A DNA stretch of 64,000 nucleotides from Eledone cirrhosa. Lineage: Eukaryota. Below the pieces are notes generated by a model. That model was not told the DNA's origin. It worked only from the letters and a program-made list of their open reading frames with translations, and made no database searches. Shown here one piece after another: positions 1 to 12,198 of the stretch (position 1 is the stretch's first letter; every line of letters begins with the position of its first letter). A program made the position numbers and the translations under genes. The stretch lies in assembly GCA_964016885.1 (NCBI GenBank), contig OZ024742.1:132184001-132248000 (forward strand), in the 5' to 3' direction.

Positions 1-38
1 CGGAATCTGAATGCTTATAGCACAGGAACAATGGAGAC

Positions 39-41
<3 letters not shown>

Positions 42-118
<77 letters not shown>

Positions 119-126
119 ACACATGA

Positions 127-220
<94 letters not shown>

Positions 221-266
221 GTGTGAGTGTGGGTGTGTATAATATAAATATATATAAACCTGTGGA

Positions 267-297
<31 letters not shown>

Positions 298-390
298 CCA
301 TATATGTATATATATATATATATATATCCATATATACATATATATAAATATATATGTATATATTTGTGCATATATATATATATATTTATA
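42..390. repeat. (TA)n microsatellite complex, interrupted
   Basis: Long TA runs; the overlapping YIYIYI ORFs are repeat translations. Confidence 0.95.
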
Positions 391-555
391 CATATATTCC
401 CCCGACAGTATAGAAGAATACACATGGCAATGCAAATATATGAATATATTGCCAGAAGTAATATTTTGGTTAGTAACGACAATGTTAACGGGATATTGAT
501 ATATACGACGAAACGCTTACATACTTATTGTCGGTAGAAATACGCAGACTCACCA

Positions 556-915
<360 letters not shown>

Positions 916-1506
916 GCGTATGTGTGTGTATGTTTGTCTGTGTGTGTGTTATTGTGTGTAAGCCTGCGCGCGCGTGTGTGTGTGTGTGTGTCTGTATGAA
1001 TACGAATGCTATATAAAATGATTGCTGCAGAGTGTGAAGCTGTGTAAAAGCGATAATATTTTTTTACATTGATTGATTAAGGCAAAGGTATTTATATATA
1101 CATACTGTTTTTGCCAAAAAGAAGGAATATTATTGAATACAGCACAGCTCCTAAAAGAAGCACGGCATGTTTCTCTCACAATACCTCGTACATGAAAATG
1201 TAAACTATTTATACTTATATGTATAAGTGTGTGACATGTTGGAATCGGTATAACTAAAGCGTCAGCTGATTAGAGGTGGAATCCTTTTGTTACCCTATCT
1301 TTATATGTCTTTCGTGAGGAATCCTCCATTCTCTCCGACGTTTACTCTTTTCTCCGGAAGTACGAACGTCCAATATGTTCAAAGATTGATTTATCCTCAC
1401 TTCCAGCAGGCGTGAAACTAACATAACATTCTGTTTTCATGCTGTTATATGTGAACTCACTCTCCCTCATTCTCTCTCCCTCTGTCTCTCTCTCTCTCTC
1501 TCTGTG

Positions 1507-1626
<120 letters not shown>

Positions 1627-1709
1627 AAATATAATTGAAATGTGAAAGCCAGAGACACAGAAAATTGACGAATTATATTAGTGTAACCCTTTGAACAGCA
1701 ACAAAAGAG

Positions 1710-1744
1710 TCTTACCGTTTCGGACAAGGGTCCTTCAGCAGAAA
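1710..1744 (-). ncRNA. Degenerate minimal hammerhead ribozyme
   Basis: Minus strand ttt-CTGCTGA-A-GGAC-cctt-GTCC-GAAACGGTA-aga; one core change (CUGAUGA>CUGCUGA), perfect 4-bp stem II. Confidence 0.45.
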
Positions 1745-1833
1745 ATAAAGAATGAGAATTAGAAGAGTCGGAGAAAATTGAGAAGAAAACTCAGAAACAA
1801 AGACATGTGCGCATTCAGACAACGCCATTGGAG

Positions 1834-1930
<97 letters not shown>

Positions 1931-2605
1931 GGAAGTGGTTACACAACAGTTAGTTCACCATACCGAGTACAATTGTTTCACCTCAGCAGATCTTCAGCTC
2001 GGAATGGGCATGGATATAGGAACAGGAAGGACAACAGTACGAACGCGCATGCGCAGAAACTCGGTCACTTCACACAGGCAATACTAGACTGCGTGCGAGA
2101 GGTGTAACAGAGATAACTGCGAAAGTCCGAAAGGTTTTTAGGTTGAAAATAAAATTGCAAAGAATCAGTCCGGAGCCTTGTAGTTATGCAATAGGTGTTT
2201 GGCGACGTGTGGACAACGTGTGAACAATTCACCTCATGTTTAGGCAATCACTATTGCGTAAAATCTTTAGAATAGTTATTCGTTCGTCAATACTGAAGCC
2301 ACACGTCGTATTTCCCCTTGCGTATGGCTTGGACTTAGTGATGGCTTTCCATTGAATGGAGTAGTCTATACTTGAGTCCTTGAGGGACCATACGTGGCTC
2401 GCGAGTTTCGTGGATGAACGTCTGTCCGGGTATCTGAAGGTAGACTGGTGTTTCAGGAAACGTTCCTTGAATCGGCCCTCCGCCATGCCCACATAGGATT
2501 TGACCACCTGTGGTTCGTTTGGTCGGTTGGAAGTGACCACAACTTCATAGATTACAGCTGGTGTGTTGCATTGCTGTTGAAGGGGGCAAGTCTGTCTCCT
2601 GATGA
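1931..2605 (-). mobile_element. Penelope-like retroelement 3' fragment (GIY-YIG endonuclease + HHR-bearing 3' end), 5'-truncated
   Basis: Minus translation CPLQQQCNTPAVIYEV...SYVGMAEGRFKERFLKHQSTF...STKLASHVWSLKD..YSIQW...; frameshift near LNMR; 3' end abuts (TA)n. Confidence 0.85.
1958..2007 (-). ncRNA. Type I hammerhead ribozyme at the PLE 3' end
   Basis: ccattccgag-CTGAAGA-tctgctgaggt-GAAACAATTGTA-ctcggtatgg: intact core, stem I ccgag/ctcgg, palindromic stem III ACAATTGT, GUA cleavage triplet. Confidence 0.8.
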
Positions 2606-2953
2606 GTTCGTTACTCTAGATTCGTCCTTAATAATAGGATATCTCAAAATACGAACGAAACCATGGTAGAGATGTAATTACGGTATGTATACGTTTCTTC
2701 TAAGTTTAAATTTACACCTAATTGTGTATGCTTGACGGTATATTTAGTCAGTTTCTACATGCTGTTGAAATGTTGGGTAAATACTCTATTGTGGTCACTG
2801 CGAAGAGGCCGCTTTCGGTTATTTATCAAATATTTCTTCATAGGAGCCTTTATTCTTATAGCCTGGTCTAATTGATTTTTTATATGGTTAATTATGCCAA
2901 TTGGGAGAAGAAATGGTATATATTTTATCTAATAATTCTAAGGACATGATTTA

Positions 2954-2989
<36 letters not shown>

Positions 2990-3002
2990 TTGTATGTGTG
3001 TC

Positions 3003-3037
<35 letters not shown>

Positions 3038-4156
3038 AAAAATCCCAAAAGCAAGTCAACATAGATGAATCATACAAACGATATATTAGTTTAACATTTG
3101 ATGTACCTGGAATATAGTATTAAGGTTTTGGGTGATAATCCTTCTTCGAACAACAGATACAGAAAGAAGAGACGATATAAATATAGAGGTTGTGGAAAAA
3201 ATATCTATGCATAGAGACTATCGACAACATGCGCACAACCTCATACACTTGAAAATTCGATCGCTGAATTTCATGCTCGATTAATGAGGAATTGTCAACT
3301 GAAATATACGAAAGTCCAATAAAAGCAGAGAAAATCTACACGTATATCAGCCAAATATGTACAATGCATTCTTTAAACAAATCACCGTTTAAACAATAGC
3401 TTAATATATCTTTCAATAATCACGAAACATGAGTTTGTTTTCCTTGAGTTTATACGTTGATCTTTTTGAGTGCTTCATTTTTATTTTCATTTCATAAATT
3501 TGCTAAATTTATGTAATTTACATTTGATTTTTTTCAGCAAACGAATTACACATTACAACGTGTCTCTTACATTTGACTTCTACGATATTAAACGAACCAA
3601 TGAAGTATTTCAAAATTTATAGACTGAGACATGTAGAGATGAGTTGCTTGGGCAACAGAAATGATGAGCGACGTAGGTACCGATGTAAAGTCGTATGTCC
3701 CTCAAGTGTTCAGGGAAACGGTCCCCTAGATGGTGGCAAAGTGATATATATATATAATTGGTGGTAGCACTAAGTCAGCGTTTAAGCAGAAGAGAGGACA
3801 TATATAGACATATGTAATAAGTTTGTTTATTGACAACATACGTATGGGTAGCCTTGCTACCGAAGAAAACTATTCTCCAGTAACGAAACGAAAAGGGGAA
3901 AAAATCTTTTTCTCTATGTCCCTCTATATTGTATATGTTATATTTATGTTTACATAAATCTTCCTATACAAATGTATTATGATCAATCACTGCCTTAGCG
4001 CTATTGCCAACTAAATATAACCACTTAGTATTGCACTATATGCACATAAACACTTACAGCAGATGTTTTTTATTTGCTATATGGAAATGAGCATTTCTAC
4101 CAGGTGACCATCATGCAAAATAATACAGTTTATATAATATATTCCTTGCCAGAATT

Positions 4157-4223
4157 TTCTGAGTGAGTGTCACTGATGAAAGATCAACGAATCTTGAAAC
4201 AAAGTTGTCTGATACTCTCAGAA
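4157..4223 (+). ncRNA. Type I hammerhead ribozyme with canonical core
   Basis: gagtgtca-CTGATGA-AAGAT-caacga-ATCTT-GAAACA-aagt-TGTC-tgatactc; stem I extends to ttctgag/ctcagaa; GUC triplet at 4207-4209. Confidence 0.85.
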
Positions 4224-4443
4224 TGTACTAGCAGCTCTGTGATATATTAATAGAAGAAAGTAGATAAAAATATATTTTCGTTACGAAAAAATATTTCCAC
4301 TTTTACAGCGAGGCTATATATATATATTTATTGTATATAAACATATTATATATGTTTATATGTCTATATGTCTATATGTCTTCATATACACTTCCCCCTC
4401 CCTCTCTCTCACTCGCTATATATATATTTATCTGTTTATTTCC

Positions 4444-4495
<52 letters not shown>

Positions 4496-4712
4496 TTGAG
4501 TACATATATATATATAAAGAGAGAGAGAGATAGAGGGTAGATACGTATGTATATATATTTATAATAAGGAGTTGACGGACCCAGCATATTTATCAATACA
4601 TGACCGGTTGTATCTCAGCGTACTCAATAGACAATGTAAGATACATTCCCAGAGTATACACATAGTTATTCGCTTCAATACAGCACACTTAAAACGGGTG
4701 CCTATAATTGTT

Positions 4713-4821
4713 CCCGGAGTCGAGTTTCGGCCGCACTAATGCAGCAGTAAGGTGCACTGCATCATCCTCTGCATATATTATGCAACAATGCACAATCGGC
4801 TTATGCGGTTTCATCAGAGGG
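4713..4821 (-). ncRNA. Degenerate hammerhead with long stem II insertion
   Basis: ccct-CTGATGA-AACCGCA...~70 nt...TGCGGCC-GAAACTCGACTC-cggg; stem III is one change from palindrome ACTCGAGT. Confidence 0.45.
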
Positions 4822-5243
4822 TATAGCCTAATCAATAACCAATCGATGGACAGAATCCAAACACCAGCCCATGCCGGTCATGACTGTTTGTGACAACAGA
4901 CACGGTAAAGGGATTAGCAACTGGAATCCGATACAACTCTGTCCCTCGACTAGCCACTGATTTACAAACTTTACGTGGTGGCGGAGGACTAGAAAACCAA
5001 TCTATTCGTTCCCGTCAAAAGGGCTCAGCCAACGTGCTTTACACACAAATGTTTGAGAGGTGAAATGATGGCTTTTAGAAATAGCAATCCCAGATCGATG
5101 TATAATAGAATTGTAACATTCGGCTCATGTCTCCAAGTCCTAGAGGAAAGCGATAGTAACAATGGTAGTGCCAAGAACCTTTAACGGACTTTAAATGCGA
5201 TTATCCATTATAGAGCAATATAGTAGCGAGCTGGGATGTGGAA

Positions 5244-5362
5244 TATGTATATATGTATATATATGTATATATGTATATATATATGTATATATATGTATAT
5301 ATATGTATATATATGTATATATATATATATATGTATATATATGTATATATATATATATATGT

Positions 5363-5411
<49 letters not shown>
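5244..5411. repeat. (TA)n microsatellite with TG interruptions
   Basis: Visible. Confidence 0.9.
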
Positions 5412-5412
<1 letters not shown>

Positions 5413-5586
5413 AGATCAAAAGATGGTTAAAGGAGTTCCATGTATTTTATTATGCGCATTTCAAAAACAAACATCATCATGCAATAATATTTGTGTTTTC
5501 ATCAGATAAAACAGGAGGACATGATATGAAGGGTAAAAAACACTTGTGGATAGTGCAGTTTTAAATCAACATATCTTTTGATCTTA
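5411..5586 (-). mobile_element. Short HHR-bearing PLE-terminus-like cassette with 14-bp terminal inverted repeat
   Basis: taagatcaaaagat / atcttttgatctta ends; near-identical copy in the opposite orientation at ~60120-60281. Confidence 0.65.
5445..5511 (-). ncRNA. Type I hammerhead ribozyme
   Basis: ttttat-CTGATGA-[AAACACAAATAT...ATGTTTGTTTTT]-GAAATGCGCATA-ataaaa; palindromic stem III ATGCGCAT. Confidence 0.75.
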
Positions 5587-5677
5587 TATATTATGTATAC
5601 TCCAGTCCTACAAACTGTAGAGTGCTTCTTACCCGATATCTGCATTGCTTTATTGTACTACAATAAAACTCACCTCC

Positions 5678-6069
<392 letters not shown>

Positions 6070-6571
6070 TCTTGCGTAGGACAGTTCTATATTAGTTGCT
6101 GCTTTGAGATAATTTTCCTTGCTCATATCTACACAAAACGATAACATACACGTCTACGAATCGAATGCGTATGTAGATCTATGCATGTGTGATTATTTGT
6201 CGTTGCGCTAGCTAATTGGTACATTTGCACGTAAGATACATTCGCCATGCAAGGAGTAAAAATGAAACTATTTTTTTTATTTATGTTGAATTAAATCATT
6301 TCCTGTATATATTCTTATAATTTAACAATAGGCTCGAACACCTGCTACATTCTGGCGTTCTTCTAATACCTATCTCGTTCCACACTAATACAAATAACAC
6401 ATACATAGGTGCACTGACGCACGCATGCATACACAGCACAAGAACGATCAGCTAGGCGGTTTAACAGGAATAAGCATGTGGAAAGTATATGTGTGTATAT
6501 ATACACCGGCATGCCTTAAAAAAGCATATGAACACATGCACGAACATATATACATAGCAGCGTATACATGA

Positions 6572-6607
<36 letters not shown>

Positions 6608-6610
6608 ATG

Positions 6611-6650
<40 letters not shown>

Positions 6651-7423
6651 TTTTACTCGAATAGAGACACTTTATATATGCCTATGCGATCGTATGTGTG
6701 TACGAGTGTGTCTATGTGTTTAGGCGGGTGTGTCTGTGCGCGTGTTTGTTAACCTTTCAAACCATGGATCTGAAATGAATAGAGAATATCTAGATTCTGA
6801 GATGAAAAGAACACATGCATGCTAGGGCGCTTCACTGTTTGATTGGGTCACGAATGTCGTGCCTGAATGGGAATCACGATAGTACGTACATGCTGCATGA
6901 TCTTCATGTTGCAAATAGAGAGTCTGATGTTTCCCACTTGAGTAGATCATTGTAGGTTTGCAGCTGTCAGGACAGGAAACACTCAACCTAACCTTGAATT
7001 AGTCCCACTGACAAGATCGACATCCATTCTAAATGGCTCGCTTAATAATCAGTATTGGGGATGGGACGTATATTAGGGCAGAGATTTGTGTGTGGCTGTG
7101 TCTGTGCCTGTGCGTGTGCGTACGAAGGTGGTGAGTAAAAATATATGTGCGTATGTCTGTTTTGTAGATATATCTGGCAAGGAAGGAGATAAAAATGAGA
7201 TGTGGATCTGTTGAAAAATATCAGAAATAACAAGGAAAGGGACAAATGGGGGCGGGGGTGGAAAAAGGTGATTGATAGGTGAAGAATAGAAGGGGGAGGA
7301 GGGGCGAGTGAGAGAAAGGGAAAGACAGTGGAGAGATGAAATGGGGGGGGGTGAGATAAAGAGAGAGGGAGAGACAGAGAAAAAGTTATATTGCAAATAG
7401 GCAAATAGGAAGATCAATAAATG

Positions 7424-7479
<56 letters not shown>

Positions 7480-7554
7480 TAGATAGATAGAGAGAGACAG
7501 ACAGAAAGAGAGAGAGAGATAGTAAGTTAGTGAAAGATAGAGAGAATGAAATAT

Positions 7555-7709
<155 letters not shown>

Positions 7710-7771
7710 ATATATATATATATATATATATGATATTAAATAAATGGAAACTATATTTATAAAACCATATT

Positions 7772-7837
7772 TATTTCATTATATATATTTCAGGGATATC
7801 ATATTAACAATATGTTATGCCTTCATCAGACAAAATA
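7772..7837 (-). ncRNA. Type I hammerhead ribozyme
   Basis: tattttgt-CTGATGA-AGG cata a CATATT gtt AATATG a tatc CCT-GAAATATATATA-atgaaata; 8-bp stem I with two G-U pairs. Confidence 0.7.
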
Positions 7838-7916
7838 CACTGCCAAATCAACTTCCCAAATGCAAGTCGATTGAAAGGTATGTCATATCTATTTATTTAT
7901 AAGACTGTTTATATTG

Positions 7917-7982
7917 TATTTTGTCTGATGAAGGCATAACATATTGTTAATATGATATCCCTGAAATATATATAATGACATT
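7917..7982 (+). ncRNA. Type I hammerhead ribozyme (mirror copy)
   Basis: Same core CTGATGA 7925-7931 and GAAA 7963-7966; distal stem I partly mutated. Confidence 0.65.
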
Positions 7983-8110
7983 TATATGGTTTTATAAGTA
8001 TAGTTTCCATTTATTTAATATCATAAATATACTCCAAATACTTGTTGAGTGCTTTTATATCAGTTATAAATATTTACTCGTTGTTAACCCAACAATTTAA
8101 ATATAACTTT

Positions 8111-8227
<117 letters not shown>

Positions 8228-8265
8228 TACAGTATGTGTGTATAACATATGACTATATATATATA

Positions 8266-8316
<51 letters not shown>

Positions 8317-8323
<7 letters not shown>

Positions 8324-8413
8324 AAAAAAGTTCATTATTTAACGATCGTTTCTAGGGGATATATATGTGTTTATCCTAGAAACGATCGTTAAATAAAGAA
8401 CTTTTTTTGTTTA
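8317..8413. repeat. Short fold-back of an HHR 3' half (GAAACGATCGTT)
   Basis: aaacaaaaaaagttc.ttatttaacgatcgtttctagg / cctagaaacgatcgttaaataa.gaactttttttgttt; palindrome ACGATCGT follows GAA. Confidence 0.65.
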
Positions 8414-8608
8414 GTATAAGGAACTGTTTCATTGTTTTATTCATTATTTTTTAAATATTTTATCTTGACTCTGTATTCCGTTTATCTTTCACCGAAAGTG
8501 ATTTTTCATTGCATCTCTTCTTTCCATGATATCCGGATTACATTGAGTTCTTCATACGGATTGGACACTACCGTAAACTCTTGGTAGATTTATCTACATA
8601 ATATCTAC

Positions 8609-8689
<81 letters not shown>

Positions 8690-8693
<4 letters not shown>

Positions 8694-8905
8694 GGTAATA
8701 ATAATAAATTTGAAGACTAAAATACAAAGAGGGCTCGATAAGGATAAATATATATCAAACATATAAGAACCGTAGAGCAAATATTTATTAAAATAACAGA
8801 TTAAAGTTTAAGCAAAAATCGCTGCTTTCACCCTTAACGGAAGATCCCGTTAAGGGTGAAAGCAGCGATTCTTTGTTTAAACTTTTATCTGTTATTTTAA
8901 TAAAT
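8690..8905. mobile_element. Fold-back pair of PLE 3' termini (same family as 12090-12160 and 40125-40360)
   Basis: gatcccgttaagggtgaaagcagcgattctttg.ttaaactt..atctgttattttaataaat present on both strands. Confidence 0.75.
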
Positions 8906-8944
8906 ATATATATATATATGCAATATTTCATTGTCTCACTAACT

Positions 8945-9013
<69 letters not shown>

Positions 9014-9323
9014 CGCATTTATTGTTCTTCCTAATTGCATATTTACAATATAACTTTTTCTCTGTCTCCCCGTCTCTCCCTCTCTCTTTATCCCCCCCCC
9101 CCTCCTTTCATCTCTCCACCCTCTTTCCCTTTCTCCCATTCGCCCCTCTGTTATATATATGTATCAATATCTGGCGCACCACTATCTCTTCGAAACAGTG
9201 GTGAATCGATTTGATGAAACATGTGGATCCATAGATATTTTCCCTACTTTCTCCTTAGCATTGTATTCATATTATGGTTTAGTGCCTCACTGTCGTCACC
9301 AATTATTATTTTACTAATTTTAG

Positions 9324-9514
9324 GGCGGTGGATTGGCAGTATCGGTAGAGAGTCGGACGCCAAGCTTTCCAGCATAGTTACGTCCCTTTACGATCTGAGT
9401 TCAAATCCTGCCGAGGTTGACTTTGCCTTTCATCCTTACGGGGTCGATAAAATAAAGTACCAGTAATGCACTGAGTAATTGCTGGCCTTGTGCCTAAAAG
9501 TAGAAACAATTATT
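9324..9514 (+). mobile_element. tRNA-derived SINE with Nin/Deu domain, subtype A
   Basis: A-box-like TGGCAGTATCGG, B-box GAGTTCAAATCC, Nin-like gcctttcatccttacggggtcgataaaataaagtaccag; TSD attattttactaatttta. Confidence 0.9.
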
Positions 9515-9588
9515 TTACTAATTTTATTTATTTCATCTATACACCATATTTTTGCATAGTGTGTATATAATATTGCATTGTTATGCTT

Positions 9589-9768
9589 AGTATCGGTAGA
9601 GGGTCGGACGCCATGTTTAGACGCATAGAGTTACGGCCCTTGCCGTTCTGAGTTCAAATCCCGCCGAGGTTAACTTTGCCTTTCATCGTTACGGGGTCGA
9701 TAAAATAAAGTACCAGTAATGCACTGGGTATTTGCTGCCCTTGTGCGAAAAGTAGAAACAATTATTAT
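9589..9768 (+). mobile_element. Nin-domain SINE, subtype B, slightly 5'-truncated
   Basis: Same body; diagnostic gacgcatagagttacggccc; TSD ttatgctta. Confidence 0.9.
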
Positions 9769-10239
9769 GCTTATTTCTTCATATATCACAACCCATTATA
9801 TTCCACACTACTTCATTCAAATATAAACACAATATCCAAGCGTAAATTATCGCATAACTCACTAACAGCGTTAACAGGCTATTTTACGTACCTATTCCAT
9901 TTAATTGCTTCGTAATAAGCTCATCATGTAAATACTTGTGAGAGAGGCCCATACTAAAGCTGGATTTGTGCTAACGAATCTGGAGGCGATGTACGACCAC
10001 CACCTTGATTTATTGTTTATTGTCAAATGCCTCTAGAGATAACCGTACATGATGAAACAGCGGGTTTAAATCCCATTTGATTTCAGTAGGAAAAAACAAA
10101 AAGTAATAATTATATTCTAACTTTGCCGTTGAGGGGTTTTTCTTCCGTTTGTTTCCAGTAACTCACACACACCTACACATATGTATATATACAGATATAC
10201 CCTGGTATTCGTAGGCATTACGTTCCAAGAGCATCCACG

Positions 10240-10487
10240 AAGAGAGAAAAACCGCGAATAGTGGGCGTCACAGTATAGCATAACATATGATAAAAAATCA
10301 GGGAACGTTTTATACGAAGGGCTGCAGATAAGGTGTATTTTTATTAATAATTTAGCGTTAAAATCCATAATATAATCGCGGAAGTTATTTATGATTCTGC
10401 GAATACGCGAGAGTTTTTCGAACAATTATTGGTTATGTTCTAAAGAAAATCCCGCGAATAGCCGGGACCGCGAACGGCGGTGGTACA

Positions 10488-10547
<60 letters not shown>

Positions 10548-10594
10548 TGTACCACCGCCGTTCGCGGTCCCGGCTATTCGCGGGATTTTCTTTA
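10240..10594. mobile_element. pogo/Tigger-like DNA transposon end, duplicated as a perfect 50-bp inverted repeat around (TA)n
   Basis: ccgcgaata...tacagTA terminal motif (similar at 10252-10275); 10441-10490 is the exact reverse complement of 10545-10594; family assignment is tentative. Confidence 0.55.
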
Positions 10595-10600
10595 TGCATC

Positions 10601-10672
<72 letters not shown>

Positions 10673-10677
<5 letters not shown>

Positions 10678-11160
10678 CCTAGCCGTAGGAACACGTGCAA
10701 CCCTGTAGATAGTACTAACTGTAATTGTAGGAATCGGGCTGATTGTCCCCTATCCGGGAAATGCCTCTCTAGTAACATTGTCTACAAATGTAAGGTTGTA
10801 ACACCCACGTCCCGTAGGGCCTACATAGGGTTAACCGCCAATAGTTTCAAGCAGCGTCTTTACATGCATACCCATTCTTTTCGTTACCCTCTAAGAAGGA
10901 ATATGACGTCACTTTCAGCTTATATCTGGAGTCTAAAAGACAACCACACCCAATATAAGTTACAATGGGAGATCCTAGCTAGGGCTAGATCGTATAACGG
11001 AAATAAAAGACCGTGTGACCTCTGCGCCGCTGAGGCCCTGGAAATACTCTACGCCACAGACCACATCTTAAACAAAAAATCTGAGGCAATTTCGGCTTGT
11101 AAACATAAATTGCACAAAACTTTCCTGTATTACAGCCCTACGTTATACCCTAACGGATAG
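10673..11160 (+). pseudogene. GIY-YIG endonuclease domain of PLE (CxC-x5-C-x5-C linker, Naiad-like)
   Basis: [25 protein letters not shown]...[21 protein letters not shown]...[12 protein letters not shown]...CDLCAAE...ILNKKSE; open frame but the RT is missing. Confidence 0.9.
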
Positions 11161-12153
11161 CACGATCTATACGTGGATATTTACGTCTTGATGTGGGAGC
11201 TAAGTATATGTTTTGTTTATTCCTTTACTTTTTGCATAGGTAAGTATATATTACCCGTATGTTTTGTGAAGGTATGTATACCTTCTCGTACGTATATTCG
11301 ACTGTTTTGGCGTATAATTTTTACATATTATGGTATTTAGGGCTTGGTTATGTGTATATGGGAGTTTTGCGTCTGCGTGAGTATGCAGGTTCGTACGTAT
11401 GGTGGGTGTGTGTATATGTGTACTTCTAGTTTTAGTTGACTTACGTCTCCGAACCTTCATGTATTTATTTGTAGGTATGTGTGTGCGCTTGTTATATACG
11501 TATTTATTCACTTATATACGTTTATATAATTATTTATTTATTTGTACACAAGCATACACACATACACATATTTATATGTGCGTGGTTTTGTATACCTATG
11601 GTAAGGTTTTGCGTATGCTTGTGTATGTACATATCTGTTTGCGTGTATGTATTTATTTGTTCCTATTACTTCTGTATTGTATTTATTTACTTTGTTCTTA
11701 ACTCTGTAGCGGAGATCTATTCGGTCTCCTAGTTAGAATTTTAGTCTACGACTTCTGCTATACCATTTACGTGGTTTTGTCTTTGCACGCTATTGTTCTC
11801 CACGCTCCACATATGACTTATTATCTTCGTTTTTTTCGTTCATTGCCAGAGAACGCCTCTATGCACCACTTAGAGAACATTAGTCTACGACCTCTTTTAT
11901 ACCGTAAACGTGGTTCTGTCCTTGCACGTAATTGTTTTTCACCGCTCCTATTAATGACGTATTATTCGTTTTTTCCCGTTCTTTGCCAGCGAACGTCACC
12001 ATGAACCAAAGTATCGTCTTCCTGTCTTCCTCCGGTTGCAACGTTTTTTGAAATATCCAGTTCTGCGTTTACATATTGACTTTGTTAGTTTCAGAAGATC
12101 CCGTTAAGGGTGAAAGCAGCGATTCTTTGCTTAAACTTTAATCTGTTATTTTA

Positions 12154-12160
<7 letters not shown>
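10673..12160 (+). mobile_element. Penelope-like retroelement 3' portion (GIY-YIG + ~1 kb 3' UTR/pLTR), 5'-truncated, inserted in (TA)n
   Basis: GIY-YIG ORF, then UTR ending aataaat-(TA)n; the terminus recurs at 8841 and 40200. Confidence 0.9.

Positions 12161-12198
<38 letters not shown>

Larger units (their letters stand above)
7731..8023. repeat. ~108-bp-arm inverted repeat with an HHR in each arm
   Basis: 7731-7839 is the reverse complement of 7916-8023 with few mismatches. Confidence 0.85.

Noticed and set aside
2599-2620. CTGATGAG motif on the plus strand
   Set aside because: No downstream GAAA, stem III or stem I; it lies at the antisense 5' edge of the GIY-YIG fragment.
3858-3900. 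CCGAAGA...GTAAC-GAAACGAA possible hammerhead relic
   Set aside because: Too many core and stem mismatches to distinguish from chance.
9324-9420. tRNA gene (A and B boxes)
   Set aside because: It is the tRNA-derived head of a multi-copy SINE; no cloverleaf or acceptor stem.
9324-9768. A single dimeric SINE master element
   Set aside because: Each monomer has its own target-site duplication and the spacers differ between pairs.
10673-11160. Possible selenocysteine-encoding Naiad-type PLE
   Set aside because: The frame is open with no in-frame TGA at the conserved Cys positions; no SECIS recognised.
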